This document shows positions 40,912 to 49,473 of a stretch of 64,000 bases of DNA, piece by piece. The number at the start of each line of letters is the position of its first letter. The stretch's first letter is position 1. The notes under the pieces are model-generated. The model searched no databases and was not told where the DNA came from. It saw only the letters and a list, made by a program, of their open reading frames with translations. Position numbers and translations under genes: made by a program. The stretch lies in IMG/VR virus record IMGVR_UViG_3300044625_001067, positions 124,001 through 188,000 of that record; one strand, given 5' to 3'.

Positions 40912-41271
40912 ATGAGTAGCATCCCTGGTCTCACCCTTGAGTCCTACGTAATGTGGAACCATAATCTTGTCGTTATTGGGTATCTCAGTGCAAACACATC
41001 TCTTCAGATTGCTGAAGCACTCGGAGTAAACACCCGCAGGGTAAGCCTATCCAAGGCGCAATTTGACACGATCCTCGCGATTTACGAACCGTACCGAACA
41101 ACCGTGGAGACCCGGTTGGAAGACTTTGACGAAGAGACTCAGTCGTGGCGAACCTACGCTGGTTCCTGCTTCAATGACATAGAGGACGCCATTGGAGACG
41201 AGGTGTCACTGACTTTACACAATTTTTCTACTGAGAGGGCCATGAAACAACTGCCAGGCGACAATGTTTGA
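40912..41271 (+). CDS. hypothetical protein
   Basis: 119 aa ORF. Confidence 0.65.
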   Translation: MSSIPGLTLESYVMWNHNLVVIGYLSANTSLQIAEALGVNTRRVSLSKAQFDTILAIYEPYRTTVETRLEDFDEETQSWRTYAGSCFNDIEDAIGDEVSLTLHNFSTERAMKQLPGDNV

Positions 41272-41348
41272 AATTTTGTACCCAACTCTGGGCACGATTG
41301 CCAGTTGTTTCTTGCTGTCCATTCTAATTATCAACTTTCTGGGAATAA

Positions 41349-41582
41349 ATGACTAAGCACAAACTCAGCCCTGAAGCCGAAGCCGCATGGAACGCCTACT
41401 GCGATGTTGCAGACCGAATCGGAGTTTTTGAAGACACCGGGGAAGCACTAGCTGCTTTTCTTCGAGAACTGATAACGCAGATTGAATTTCGAGGTGAACT
41501 CGGACTTACACCGCTTGGCGCACACGGGCACTACCAAGAGAAGTTGTACGCGATTGCAACTGAGTTGGATGGGTACGGTTAA
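41349..41582 (+). CDS. hypothetical protein
   Basis: LSPEAEAAWNAY...LAAFLRE...IATELDG; similar to 40050..40292. Confidence 0.7.
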   Translation: MTKHKLSPEAEAAWNAYCDVADRIGVFEDTGEALAAFLRELITQIEFRGELGLTPLGAHGHYQEKLYAIATELDGYG

Positions 41583-41638
41583 CCGCTTGCTCTGGGGCGG
41601 TTTCCCGGCTAGGTTTCTCGAAGGGAAACCGGTATAGT
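41574..41638 (+). promoter_or_regulatory. repeated promoter cassette
   Basis: Two dyads 22 bp apart, TAGGTT-17-TATAGT. Confidence 0.8.
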
Positions 41639-41674
41639 TGCCTTATACGTACTCGCGCAGACTCAACTTTTAAC

Positions 41675-42451
41675 ATGCAACCGGCAGACTTTTACGTTCG
41701 ACTTTCGAAGTCCATTGAGTGGCTCGGGTCTATTTCCTCCAACGGTGGTGTTCTTGAAACTATTTGTCCGGAAATCACGTTCGTCACATCCGCGCACGAG
41801 TTCCGGTCCGAAATCAGGCGCATAGCCAAACGGGACGACTTTCACTCTCCTGAAGAGGGTTGGCCCTGGAAATGGAAAACCAGCGCATCTACCGACTTTT
41901 GCTATGTCTTTACGAAGGACCAAGTGGAGGTCTACAAGTTTGGCCGAAAGAGGTCTTTCACCGAAGACGACACCGCCGTATACTCTAGCCGAAAAGACAC
42001 TTGGTTCCCGGACATGTCGAGTGCTAAGAGCACGGTTAGCCTCTCCGGCACTAGTACTCCAAAACTAGAGTATCTTGAGCTATCCGCAGAAGTGCGGTAC
42101 TGGGGAGACGCGACAGTCAATGAGACGATTGATAAAGAGGGGACACTCATCCCTTTAAGGACCGGTAAATGTTGGACTCCAACAATTCGCCTGAAAGACG
42201 GCCAGGTAATGGAGTGGCCCTACGGAGTCACCGCCGAAATTTACTACAAAGTGTGCGACCAAGGTGAGTACTGGCTCAGAGACTCGGAGCACCGCTTATT
42301 TAAGTACCGTGGGGAGTACGTTCCTGACGAGTATTTGTGCAAAGGTGACGCGGGGTTCGGCGACTACATTATCTTGTCTATCGACAAAGCCGGTAAAGTT
42401 CGAAACTGGTGGCGACCGAAATTCAAGGCGAACGAGTGGGAGGCTGTATGA
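41675..42451 (+). CDS. two-domain hypothetical protein
   Basis: 258 aa; WPWKWKTS in the first half, YVPD...GFGDYIILSID..G in the second. Confidence 0.8.
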   Translation: MQPADFYVRLSKSIEWLGSISSNGGVLETICPEITFVTSAHEFRSEIRRIAKRDDFHSPEEGWPWKWKTSASTDFCYVFTKDQVEVYKFGRKRSFTEDDTAVYSSRKDTWFPDMSSAKSTVSLSGTSTPKLEYLELSAEVRYWGDATVNETIDKEGTLIPLRTGKCWTPTIRLKDGQVMEWPYGVTAEIYYKVCDQGEYWLRDSEHRLFKYRGEYVPDEYLCKGDAGFGDYIILSIDKAGKVRNWWRPKFKANEWEAV

Positions 42452-42528
42452 GCTATCCCACAGGTATTAAGGAAGATTGTCCCATAACATTTCGCCTAGC
42501 ATTTTCTAGGTAACACTACTGCAACACA

Positions 42529-43635
42529 ATGAAAACAAAAACCGCAAAAACCGCAGCAACTGTCTTGGCTTTGACTTTCGCCTTAGCAACCCTGCTCTCG
42601 GCAACACCGGCACTCGCAGCGTCAGCCGGACGAATAAGCGGACGGAGCTTTCGCAGTTCGTCTAGCTATAACCGACCATCTCGGTCCCCAAGTTATAAGA
42701 GTAGCCGCTCCAGCTCTCCAAGCTATAGGGCCTCTCCCTCACCGGTGCTAAGAAGCATCCCTGCACCGGGGCTGAGTAGAAGTTCAAGCTACTACGGTGG
42801 CGGCCCTTCGAGAGCGTACCGAAAAACACTACCCTATAGCAACCCCGGAAACAACAGAACGAACATTATTGTCATGCCGGACATGACACCGAACGTTTAT
42901 CCGATTGCTCCTCCACTTTATTCGTCGCAAGTGGCACCAGTGCCGCAAACACCTGTGAGCCCTGCGTTCTTTTTCGTACTCCTTGCTGTGTTGGGGGCTG
43001 GGGGCTTGGCTATCTTTCTGCTGGCTGGGGGTTGGGACGACTTTGTGAGCCCATGGGTGAGTACTCAGCGGGACAAGCTTAGAAAGACGACCGTGGTGAG
43101 GCAGCGAGTGGCCTTGCTCGCCTCTGCAAAGGACCTACAAACAGACCTAATACGACTCGCTCGGCGAGGGGACACGGACAGTGCTGAGGGTCTCTCGAAG
43201 ATCCTGCAAGAAACTTCCCTCGCCCTTCTTCGCCACCCCGACAAAGTTGTTTACGCGTGGAGCAGTACTGAGCAGGTGGCGTCAGGAGAGGCAGAAAGCC
43301 GATTCGACCAACTTTCCATGGAAGAACGCTCGAAGGCATCAGAGGAAGTTCTCACGAATGTGGGCGGGAGCATCTCAGAGCGTAAGGTCAAACCACAAAG
43401 AGACGTCACGGAAAACGAGTATATCCTTGTGAGCGTGCTTGTGGCATCGGACCGAAAGCTGGGTCTCAAACTGTCGGACTCGCATGAGAGCCTAAACGCC
43501 AATCTTGTAACCCTTGGTTCAGTCTCTCCTGAGGATCTGGTGGCACTGGAAGTTATTTGGCAGCCCGAAGACGAGTTTGATGTTCTGTCAAAGGATGAAC
43601 TTTTGAGCCTGTACCCTGACTTGAACGTGCTTTAA
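42529..43635 (+). CDS. DUF1517 family protein (cyanobacterial / plant FLAP1-like)
   Basis: Signal peptide, ASAGRISGRSF, one TM segment, then RGDTDSAEGL..ILQETSLALLRHP...FDQLSMEERSK..EYILV..ALEVIWQP. Confidence 0.85.
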   Translation: MKTKTAKTAATVLALTFALATLLSATPALAASAGRISGRSFRSSSSYNRPSRSPSYKSSRSSSPSYRASPSPVLRSIPAPGLSRSSSYYGGGPSRAYRKTLPYSNPGNNRTNIIVMPDMTPNVYPIAPPLYSSQVAPVPQTPVSPAFFFVLLAVLGAGGLAIFLLAGGWDDFVSPWVSTQRDKLRKTTVVRQRVALLASAKDLQTDLIRLARRGDTDSAEGLSKILQETSLALLRHPDKVVYAWSSTEQVASGEAESRFDQLSMEERSKASEEVLTNVGGSISERKVKPQRDVTENEYILVSVLVASDRKLGLKLSDSHESLNANLVTLGSVSPEDLVALEVIWQPEDEFDVLSKDELLSLYPDLNVL

Positions 43636-43658
43636 GGAGGGGTAAAATAAAAACATAG

Positions 43659-44171
43659 GTGAACCCCCTCGTAACTTTCACACTTCCACCCATGAACAAA
43701 CTCGACCACTGTTACCTCGAAGCCCTTTCAGAAGCACTGAAAGGTAACTTAGGCGAAGCTTTAGAACTCCGCAATGAAGCGGATGCGTTAGCATCCGAAG
43801 GCTTCGCCTTCTCCGAAAATTACGGGAATAAATACCCATTCATTGAAGAAGCGGTGAATACACTCCTTGGCTCTTTTGACTTTACAAGATGTGTCCGAGC
43901 CGACGGCTCGGCCTATGGTACACGAGGAAAGTGTAAGAAGGGTACCGAACAGAGCTCAGCCAAGGGTCCGAATAGTATTTACGGGGACATTCACGAGACC
44001 ATTCTTAGAGGGCTTGAAAAACAGAGCTCAGTCAAGGTTCCGACTAGTGTTCTAAAGGCCCGTATTAGAAGGCTTGAAAAAGCTATGGACGACACCTATT
44101 CAACTACAGAACAAGAGAGAATTTCCACAGCCATTCGGAAACTCAAGAAGACAATAGATGAAGCAGGTTAG
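43659..44171 (+). CDS. hypothetical protein with 'FTRCVRADGSAYGTRGKCKKG' motif
   Basis: Motif shared with 1..608; alternative ATG at 43692. Confidence 0.8.
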   Translation: MNPLVTFTLPPMNKLDHCYLEALSEALKGNLGEALELRNEADALASEGFAFSENYGNKYPFIEEAVNTLLGSFDFTRCVRADGSAYGTRGKCKKGTEQSSAKGPNSIYGDIHETILRGLEKQSSVKVPTSVLKARIRRLEKAMDDTYSTTEQERISTAIRKLKKTIDEAG

Positions 44172-44183
44172 GGCAAAAGAAAG

Positions 44184-44199
44184 AAAAAAAAAAAAAAAA
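44184..44199. repeat. 16-nt poly(A) tract
   Basis: Direct reading; intergenic. Confidence 0.9.
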
Positions 44200-44269
44200 G
44201 TCTAACTAAACCCCTTCTGAAGAAAAACTCCCCAAAGCTACAAACAATGAAAGAAACATAAGACTAGCA

Positions 44270-44461
44270 ATGGATCGTCGTAGTTTGGCGTTGATGAAGC
44301 AAATCTCGAAAGAACTAAACAAAGACGAGGGAAGTTTAGAGGTTTTAAAAGAACTAAGCAAACGACAAAAAACTGATGAAAAGTTTACAGCTTTGCGTTC
44401 CAGAGCTGTAGAAATTGTTAAAGGACTAAGGGCACAACAAAAGAAAAAGACAGACCTTTGA
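44270..44461 (+). CDS. basic hypothetical protein
   Basis: 63 aa ORF. Confidence 0.55.
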   Translation: MDRRSLALMKQISKELNKDEGSLEVLKELSKRQKTDEKFTALRSRAVEIVKGLRAQQKKKTDL

Positions 44462-44471
44462 CTGGGGTTAA

Positions 44472-44669
44472 ATGAAAGGGGAAAGTGCCACTTGGCAGTG
44501 GGGTGACGAGCTACAAGAACGAAAGCTACCGTCTCCTGAGGAACAAGCCTTAGCTGACGCCGAGCACTCACTGCGAATGGTAGCGGCAGGCCTACAGCTA
44601 GAAAAAGCGGATAACCGCCCTGAGCGGGGCGGTTTAGGCCCTTGCTTTAACGCGACAAACACGCTATAA
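44472..44669 (+). CDS. hypothetical protein
   Basis: 65 aa ORF; the 3' end runs through a promoter cassette. Confidence 0.45.
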   Translation: MKGESATWQWGDELQERKLPSPEEQALADAEHSLRMVAAGLQLEKADNRPERGGLGPCFNATNTL

Positions 44670-44670
44670 T
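44606..44670 (+). promoter_or_regulatory. repeated promoter cassette
   Basis: Two dyads 22 bp apart, TTGCTT-17-TATAAT. Confidence 0.8.
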
Positions 44671-44692
44671 AGTTTTTGTTTGGGGAACCACT

Positions 44693-45328
44693 GTGAAAAT
44701 CAGATTCATCGGTGATGTTCATTGCAAATGGTCGAAGTATGAGAAGCTAATTAGAGAATGCAACCGCTCTCTTCAAGTCGGGGACTTCGGTGTGGGTTTC
44801 ATCGACCCGAAGACCGAGAAGCCATACAGCAGCCCACCCTACGACGCGATGTCAAAAGGCGAGCACTTTTTCGTACGAGGAAACCACGACAGTCCCGGTG
44901 CCTGCAAAAGACACCCTTACTGGGTGAAAGACGGGGGCTCGATGTTCGGGCGCGACGACATTTTTTGTGTGGGTGGAGCTTACTCCATCGATAGGGACCG
45001 ACGCACAGAGCGCTACGACTGGTGGCCTGACGAAGAGCTTTCTTACGGCGAGCTTTGCAACATTACGGACGCGTATGAGCTTGTGAAGCCGAAGGTTGTC
45101 GTCACGCATGAGTGCCCGGACTCTGTAATTTCTCTGGTTTGTCACAAAGTGGGGATGCACAAATTTGACATCCCTTCGGTAACACGAAGGTGTTTTGACA
45201 ACATGCTCGAGATTCATAAACCGGACCTTTGGATTCATGGCCACTGGCATCTAAATCACCATACGGTGTACAAAGGTGTGGAATTTATTGGTCTTGGTGA
45301 GCTATCCTTCCTCGACATGGACGTTTAA
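44693..45328 (+). CDS. calcineurin-like metallophosphoesterase
   Basis: IGDVH, VGDFG, RGNHD, VTHECP, HGHWH. Confidence 0.9.
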   Translation: MKIRFIGDVHCKWSKYEKLIRECNRSLQVGDFGVGFIDPKTEKPYSSPPYDAMSKGEHFFVRGNHDSPGACKRHPYWVKDGGSMFGRDDIFCVGGAYSIDRDRRTERYDWWPDEELSYGELCNITDAYELVKPKVVVTHECPDSVISLVCHKVGMHKFDIPSVTRRCFDNMLEIHKPDLWIHGHWHLNHHTVYKGVEFIGLGELSFLDMDV

Positions 45329-45456
45329 TCAAGCCCCCACTCATAGGGAACGTCGTACGAAGGTCAATTACAAGGAATCTACACCGCTATACTAAGTTTG
45401 TGGCCCCCCCTTCTTTCTACCTATAAGCCTTAAATCAAAACCACCATTAAAGCAAA

Positions 45457-46026
45457 ATGACAACAGTAATTAACCTCTTCGGCGGGTCCGGTTGCGGAAA
45501 ATCAACCACAGCTGCGCTCCTCTTCGCCAGAATGAAGCTGGCCGGCATTCACGTTGAACTTGTAAGAGAGTATGTGAAGTACTGGGCGTGGAACGACCGC
45601 AAAGTGCGTGAGTGGGACCAACTCTACCTCCTCGGTAAGCAAAGCGCCTACGAGAGCATGCTGTACGGCAAAGTTGACTACATTGTTACCGACAGCCCTA
45701 TACTTCTGGCAGGAATCTACCAAGACTACCGGTCTCAAGGCAAAGACACGTACGTAAGTTCCGCCGCTCAATCCTTCATGGCTCACGCAGAGGAAAGGGG
45801 TGTAACGTACAAGAATTTCTTCCTAAATCGCATCAAGCCCTTCGACCCTCGCGGACGTTACGAAACCGAAGACCAAGCCAAAAGAGTTGACGAGTTTGTC
45901 TACGACTATCTGTGCAAGTACAGTGGGTTCCGTCCAATCTCAATATCTGGACCGGACGAACGCAGGGACACAGAGATTTTGAGCTATCTTGGTGAGCTAC
46001 ATTTTAAGGAGGCTCCCTCGCTGTGA
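45457..46026 (+). CDS. P-loop nucleotide kinase (NadR/AAA_28-like)
   Basis: NLFGGSGCGKST, VTDSPILL, GRYETE. Confidence 0.85.
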   Translation: MTTVINLFGGSGCGKSTTAALLFARMKLAGIHVELVREYVKYWAWNDRKVREWDQLYLLGKQSAYESMLYGKVDYIVTDSPILLAGIYQDYRSQGKDTYVSSAAQSFMAHAEERGVTYKNFFLNRIKPFDPRGRYETEDQAKRVDEFVYDYLCKYSGFRPISISGPDERRDTEILSYLGELHFKEAPSL

Positions 46027-46208
46027 CACTAACTTTCCGAGAACTTTTAGAAAGTTTGCAGACTTTTGCTAACGATGACCTGGACAAGGACGCTACTGTG
46101 GAGGTAGACGGGGAATTTTTTGGAGTGTCGCACTTTGGAGTGTCCACCTGTTTGGATGACACACCGCTTGATGAAGGGCACCCCTTTCTTTCAACTGCAA
46201 CAAGGTAA
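46023..46208 (+). CDS. hypothetical protein
   Basis: 61 aa ORF, GTGA coupling. Confidence 0.6.
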   Translation: MTLTFRELLESLQTFANDDLDKDATVEVDGEFFGVSHFGVSTCLDDTPLDEGHPFLSTATR

Positions 46209-46221
46209 AGTGTTGCCTTAG

Positions 46222-46264
46222 GATGGTTCCCCGGCTTGCTTTGCTGGGGCAAAACAGCTATAAT
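46222..46264 (+). promoter_or_regulatory. repeated promoter cassette
   Basis: TTGCTT-17-TATAAT with a degenerate dyad. Confidence 0.75.
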
Positions 46265-46287
46265 ACGCTCATAAATCCTGAAAACCA

Positions 46288-46464
46288 ATGTCATACAACC
46301 CGGACTCAGATACCTACCCCTTCAACGACAGCGAGACTCTGTTAAACTTCCTGGACCGTCTTCTACTGGAGTCCGTGTCGTGCGAAGGAGGCCTTGTGCC
46401 CCTCACTTCTTCTCGGTTTCAACGCCTTTCCAGGCTTGTTGAAGGTGTCTCAATTGACGATTGA
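46288..46464 (+). CDS. small hypothetical protein (58 aa)
   Basis: Manual translation MSYNPDSDTYPF...; after promoter. Confidence 0.55.
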   Translation: MSYNPDSDTYPFNDSETLLNFLDRLLLESVSCEGGLVPLTSSRFQRLSRLVEGVSIDD

Positions 46465-46486
46465 CCTTGACCCCCGTTGGGCGGTG

Positions 46487-46550
46487 AGCGGTTAGCCCCC
46501 TTGCCTTGGGCGGTTTCCCCGTTTGTTTTCCAGAAGGAAAACGCTATAGT
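46487..46550 (+). promoter_or_regulatory. repeated promoter cassette (last copy in window)
   Basis: Two dyads 22 bp apart, TTGTTT-16-TATAGT. Confidence 0.82.
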
Positions 46551-46574
46551 ATTTACGTGACCTTCGAAGAACCA

Positions 46575-46841
46575 ATGTCATTCAACCCAGACTGGGCTTC
46601 ACCTCCAGGGTCTATCGTAAGGGAGTTACGTCTGGAGCGTAGAATTTCTCTTCACGACTTTGCGGGAGAAACAGGGTTAACCGTACCCGAAGTTCTTGAA
46701 CTTGAGGAAGGGAACCTTCGCATCGACCCTCATCTAGCGGAGCGCCTTGAGTACGTGTTCGGACAACCAACTGAAAAGTTTTGGCTCACCCTTCAACTAA
46801 ACTACGACAATGACCTTAAAAGAGGAAGAAAGCATGATTGA
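46575..46841 (+). CDS. HigA/VapI-like XRE-family HTH protein
   Basis: PPG..VRE....SLHDFA...GL...LEEGNLRID..LAERLE.VFG...FWLTLQ.NYD; ATG 46575. Confidence 0.8.
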   Translation: MSFNPDWASPPGSIVRELRLERRISLHDFAGETGLTVPEVLELEEGNLRIDPHLAERLEYVFGQPTEKFWLTLQLNYDNDLKRGRKHD

Positions 46842-47109
46842 GCTACTTGTAACGGAGAACAAAAGTATTGATCCCGCACGATTTTACCGAAACCGAGTTC
46901 GTGTCTTTCTCGATAGAAACTACAACTATGGTATGTGGGTAGACGAAGACAAATTGTTTGACCTTTTGTCGCTGGAGCAGAAAAAACAGTACCTTGTTGA
47001 CAGATCCTCTAGTGGATGCAAGTACAATGTTACACGAGAGGTAGCACAGAGGGTTCTTGCAGTGGGACACACTCACCTCAGTAAGCAGAAACTTCGCCCA
47101 TGCTTGTGA
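46834..47109 (+). CDS. hypothetical protein
   Basis: ATG 46834. Confidence 0.65.
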   Translation: MIELLVTENKSIDPARFYRNRVRVFLDRNYNYGMWVDEDKLFDLLSLEQKKQYLVDRSSSGCKYNVTREVAQRVLAVGHTHLSKQKLRPCL

Positions 47110-47315
47110 CTCCTCGCAGGGTCGGTGACGCTGCTAGAAAAGTTATTGAGACACTTCGCGAGCTTGGTCTATCCCACTTGTACAAAGAGGACCAAGTTCT
47201 GAGAGAGATGCTGGAAAAGTTTAACAGCAAGGACTCGTGGGGTTGGACCTCCCAGACTCTTGCCGATCACTGGCTGCAGAGCAATGGCTTGTGGGATTTG
47301 AACGACAATAATTAA
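47100..47315 (+). CDS. hypothetical protein
   Basis: 71 aa ORF. Confidence 0.6.
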   Translation: MLVTPRRVGDAARKVIETLRELGLSHLYKEDQVLREMLEKFNSKDSWGWTSQTLADHWLQSNGLWDLNDNN

Positions 47316-47361
47316 TACACCCTTCTTTAACAACCAAATTAGCTCAGCAATTACCCTTGAA

Positions 47362-49383
47362 ATGACAAACACTGTCAATGTAAACCTAGTCCAGCAAATT
47401 CAGGACGATTACCTTGCCTACTCGCTCAGTGTAATCGTGGGGCGAGCATTCCCCCGGTACACGGACGGGTGTAAGAGTATCTCTCGACGCATTGTAACAG
47501 CCATGAAGTGGCTCAACTTGAAGCCGGACGGTCGCTACATGAAGAGCGCTAGGGTAGAGGGGGAGGTTATGGGTAAATTGAGCCCCCACGGCGGAAGCTA
47601 CAGCTCTATTGTCACTTTGGCTGCCCCATGGAATAATATGGCCCCGCTCGTAGACGGGCACGGGAATTGGGGGTCTTCGACAGACTCTGCGGCGTCGTCA
47701 AGGTACACTGAGTGCAAGCTCTCCCCTTTCGCCTGGGACTGCCTCCTCGACGACTCAGAAACCTGGGAGACGATGTCAAACTACGACGGTACGCTGCAGG
47801 AGCCAATCGAGTTGAACGCAAAGATCCCTTACGTTTTGCTCAATGGTCAAGAGGGCATTGGCGTGGGATACGCCTGTAAAATCGCCTCTCACAGTCTCCG
47901 TTCGATTGTTGAAGCAACCAAGCTGGTTTGCAAGGAAGCAACAACGTTTGAGGCACGCGCAGAGAACCTACGAAAAGCACGGGAGGTTCTCTCCCCTGAC
48001 TTTCCAACTGGGACCCAGATTGTAAAAGACGATCAGTTGGAACAGTACTCACTAACAGGTATTGGCAGCATTCGCTGCATGGCGAAGGTTGAGATTGGTA
48101 CCCAGACCCGTAGTGGAAAGGCAAAGGACCGTCCTTCCTTATCCTTTACGAACTTACCGCCAGGAACCAATCCTGAGAAAATCGGTGAGCAAGTGAAAAA
48201 TGAGGTTGAGAAGGGAAGGATTGATGGTGTCGCTGAAGTCAATGACCTGTCCGATCTTACGGGGGACTGCGTTCAAATTGTGGCCAAGCCCGGTGTGAGC
48301 CCGGAAAAGCTAAGAGATCAACTTTACGCCTACACAGACCTTGATTCCAAGTTTTCAGCGAGAACCTTAGTTATCGACGGCACGAAGCCCGTAGAGCTCT
48401 CCCCGGTGGAAATTGTAGAGAAATGGGTGACATGGAGGTTGGGTAGATTACAAGTTAAATTCGAGAATGAGCTCACTCATCGAGAGGCTCGCCTGGAAAT
48501 TGTTCAGGGACTGCTCAAGGCCATTGACACGATGGACTTGATTATTAAGCGTATTCGTGCGGCAAAAGACAAGTCTGAGGCGAAAGTCGCTCTAACGACT
48601 GCACCTCTGAAGTTCTCGGATAAGCAAGCTGAGGCCATTCTAGACATGCGCTTGCGCCAGCTTACGAACCTTGATCAAAACGATCTTATTGTCGAAGATA
48701 ACTACCTTCAAGGCCGGATTCAAGAGCTGGTAGAGCTGTCCAGCGACGAAACCAGAGGGACTACCGCGAGACAAGTGTATATGCTCAATGAGCTGACCGA
48801 GATAGGAAAACGCCACGGAGAGGCTCGCCGAAGCCCCCTCATAGACCCCCCAACTGGCGGTGTGACCCGTGCTCCTGGGGAAAGCGTGAAGCGCCCTGCA
48901 GCCGCACCAAAGCCACGATTCCTGAAGATTGACTCGAAGAAGGGCACTGTTGAGCAGGTGAAAGGGCCACGTGGAGCTCTTGTCGTAGACCCCAAAGACA
49001 AGGTTATTCTTATGACTGAGGACGGGACACTGAAAAAGGTGTCAGCAACCTTCAAGGGAGTTATCTCAACAGCGTACTCCGCTGTTTGCTTGGCGAAGAA
49101 GGAGTCCGACGTTTCCTCGAAAAAGTACCTAGTTGTGCTCGAACTCGACGGGCAGCTCAAGGCACTGACCCTGAGCGGAGAAGACCTTTGCAAGGTGACG
49201 AGTAAAGGCAAGAGATGGCTACCCGAAGGTTCCACACTGAGGCACTTTGGAGAGGGGGGTTTCACCCTGGACTGGGTTTCAACTCGAAAGAAGGCAATGA
49301 AACTCGACCTGTCAGTAAAGCTCGGGAAGCCGGGGGGCAAAGGAATTAAAGTCGCAAATATAGATGAGGTGAAACTACCTTAG
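47362..49383 (+). CDS. gyrA: type IIA topoisomerase subunit A (GyrA/ParC-like)
   Basis: DYLAYSLSVIVGRA, DGCK, KSAR, SPHG, LVDGHGNWGS, ASSRYTE (catalytic Tyr), LLNGQEGIGVG; short C-terminal domain. Confidence 0.92.
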   Translation: MTNTVNVNLVQQIQDDYLAYSLSVIVGRAFPRYTDGCKSISRRIVTAMKWLNLKPDGRYMKSARVEGEVMGKLSPHGGSYSSIVTLAAPWNNMAPLVDGHGNWGSSTDSAASSRYTECKLSPFAWDCLLDDSETWETMSNYDGTLQEPIELNAKIPYVLLNGQEGIGVGYACKIASHSLRSIVEATKLVCKEATTFEARAENLRKAREVLSPDFPTGTQIVKDDQLEQYSLTGIGSIRCMAKVEIGTQTRSGKAKDRPSLSFTNLPPGTNPEKIGEQVKNEVEKGRIDGVAEVNDLSDLTGDCVQIVAKPGVSPEKLRDQLYAYTDLDSKFSARTLVIDGTKPVELSPVEIVEKWVTWRLGRLQVKFENELTHREARLEIVQGLLKAIDTMDLIIKRIRAAKDKSEAKVALTTAPLKFSDKQAEAILDMRLRQLTNLDQNDLIVEDNYLQGRIQELVELSSDETRGTTARQVYMLNELTEIGKRHGEARRSPLIDPPTGGVTRAPGESVKRPAAAPKPRFLKIDSKKGTVEQVKGPRGALVVDPKDKVILMTEDGTLKKVSATFKGVISTAYSAVCLAKKESDVSSKKYLVVLELDGQLKALTLSGEDLCKVTSKGKRWLPEGSTLRHFGEGGFTLDWVSTRKKAMKLDLSVKLGKPGGKGIKVANIDEVKLP

Positions 49384-49473
49384 GACGAAAAACGGAGTGA
49401 AACCGGGTAAAATTGGGTACGGGACTTTACGTAGGATCTTGCCCGGCTAAACTCTTAATAGTTGAACAGAACC

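Noticed and set aside
48720-49340. Long antisense ORFs (48720..49340, 62579..63190, 37995..38594 and similar)
   Set aside because: They are shadows of well-supported plus-strand genes in a strictly co-oriented region.
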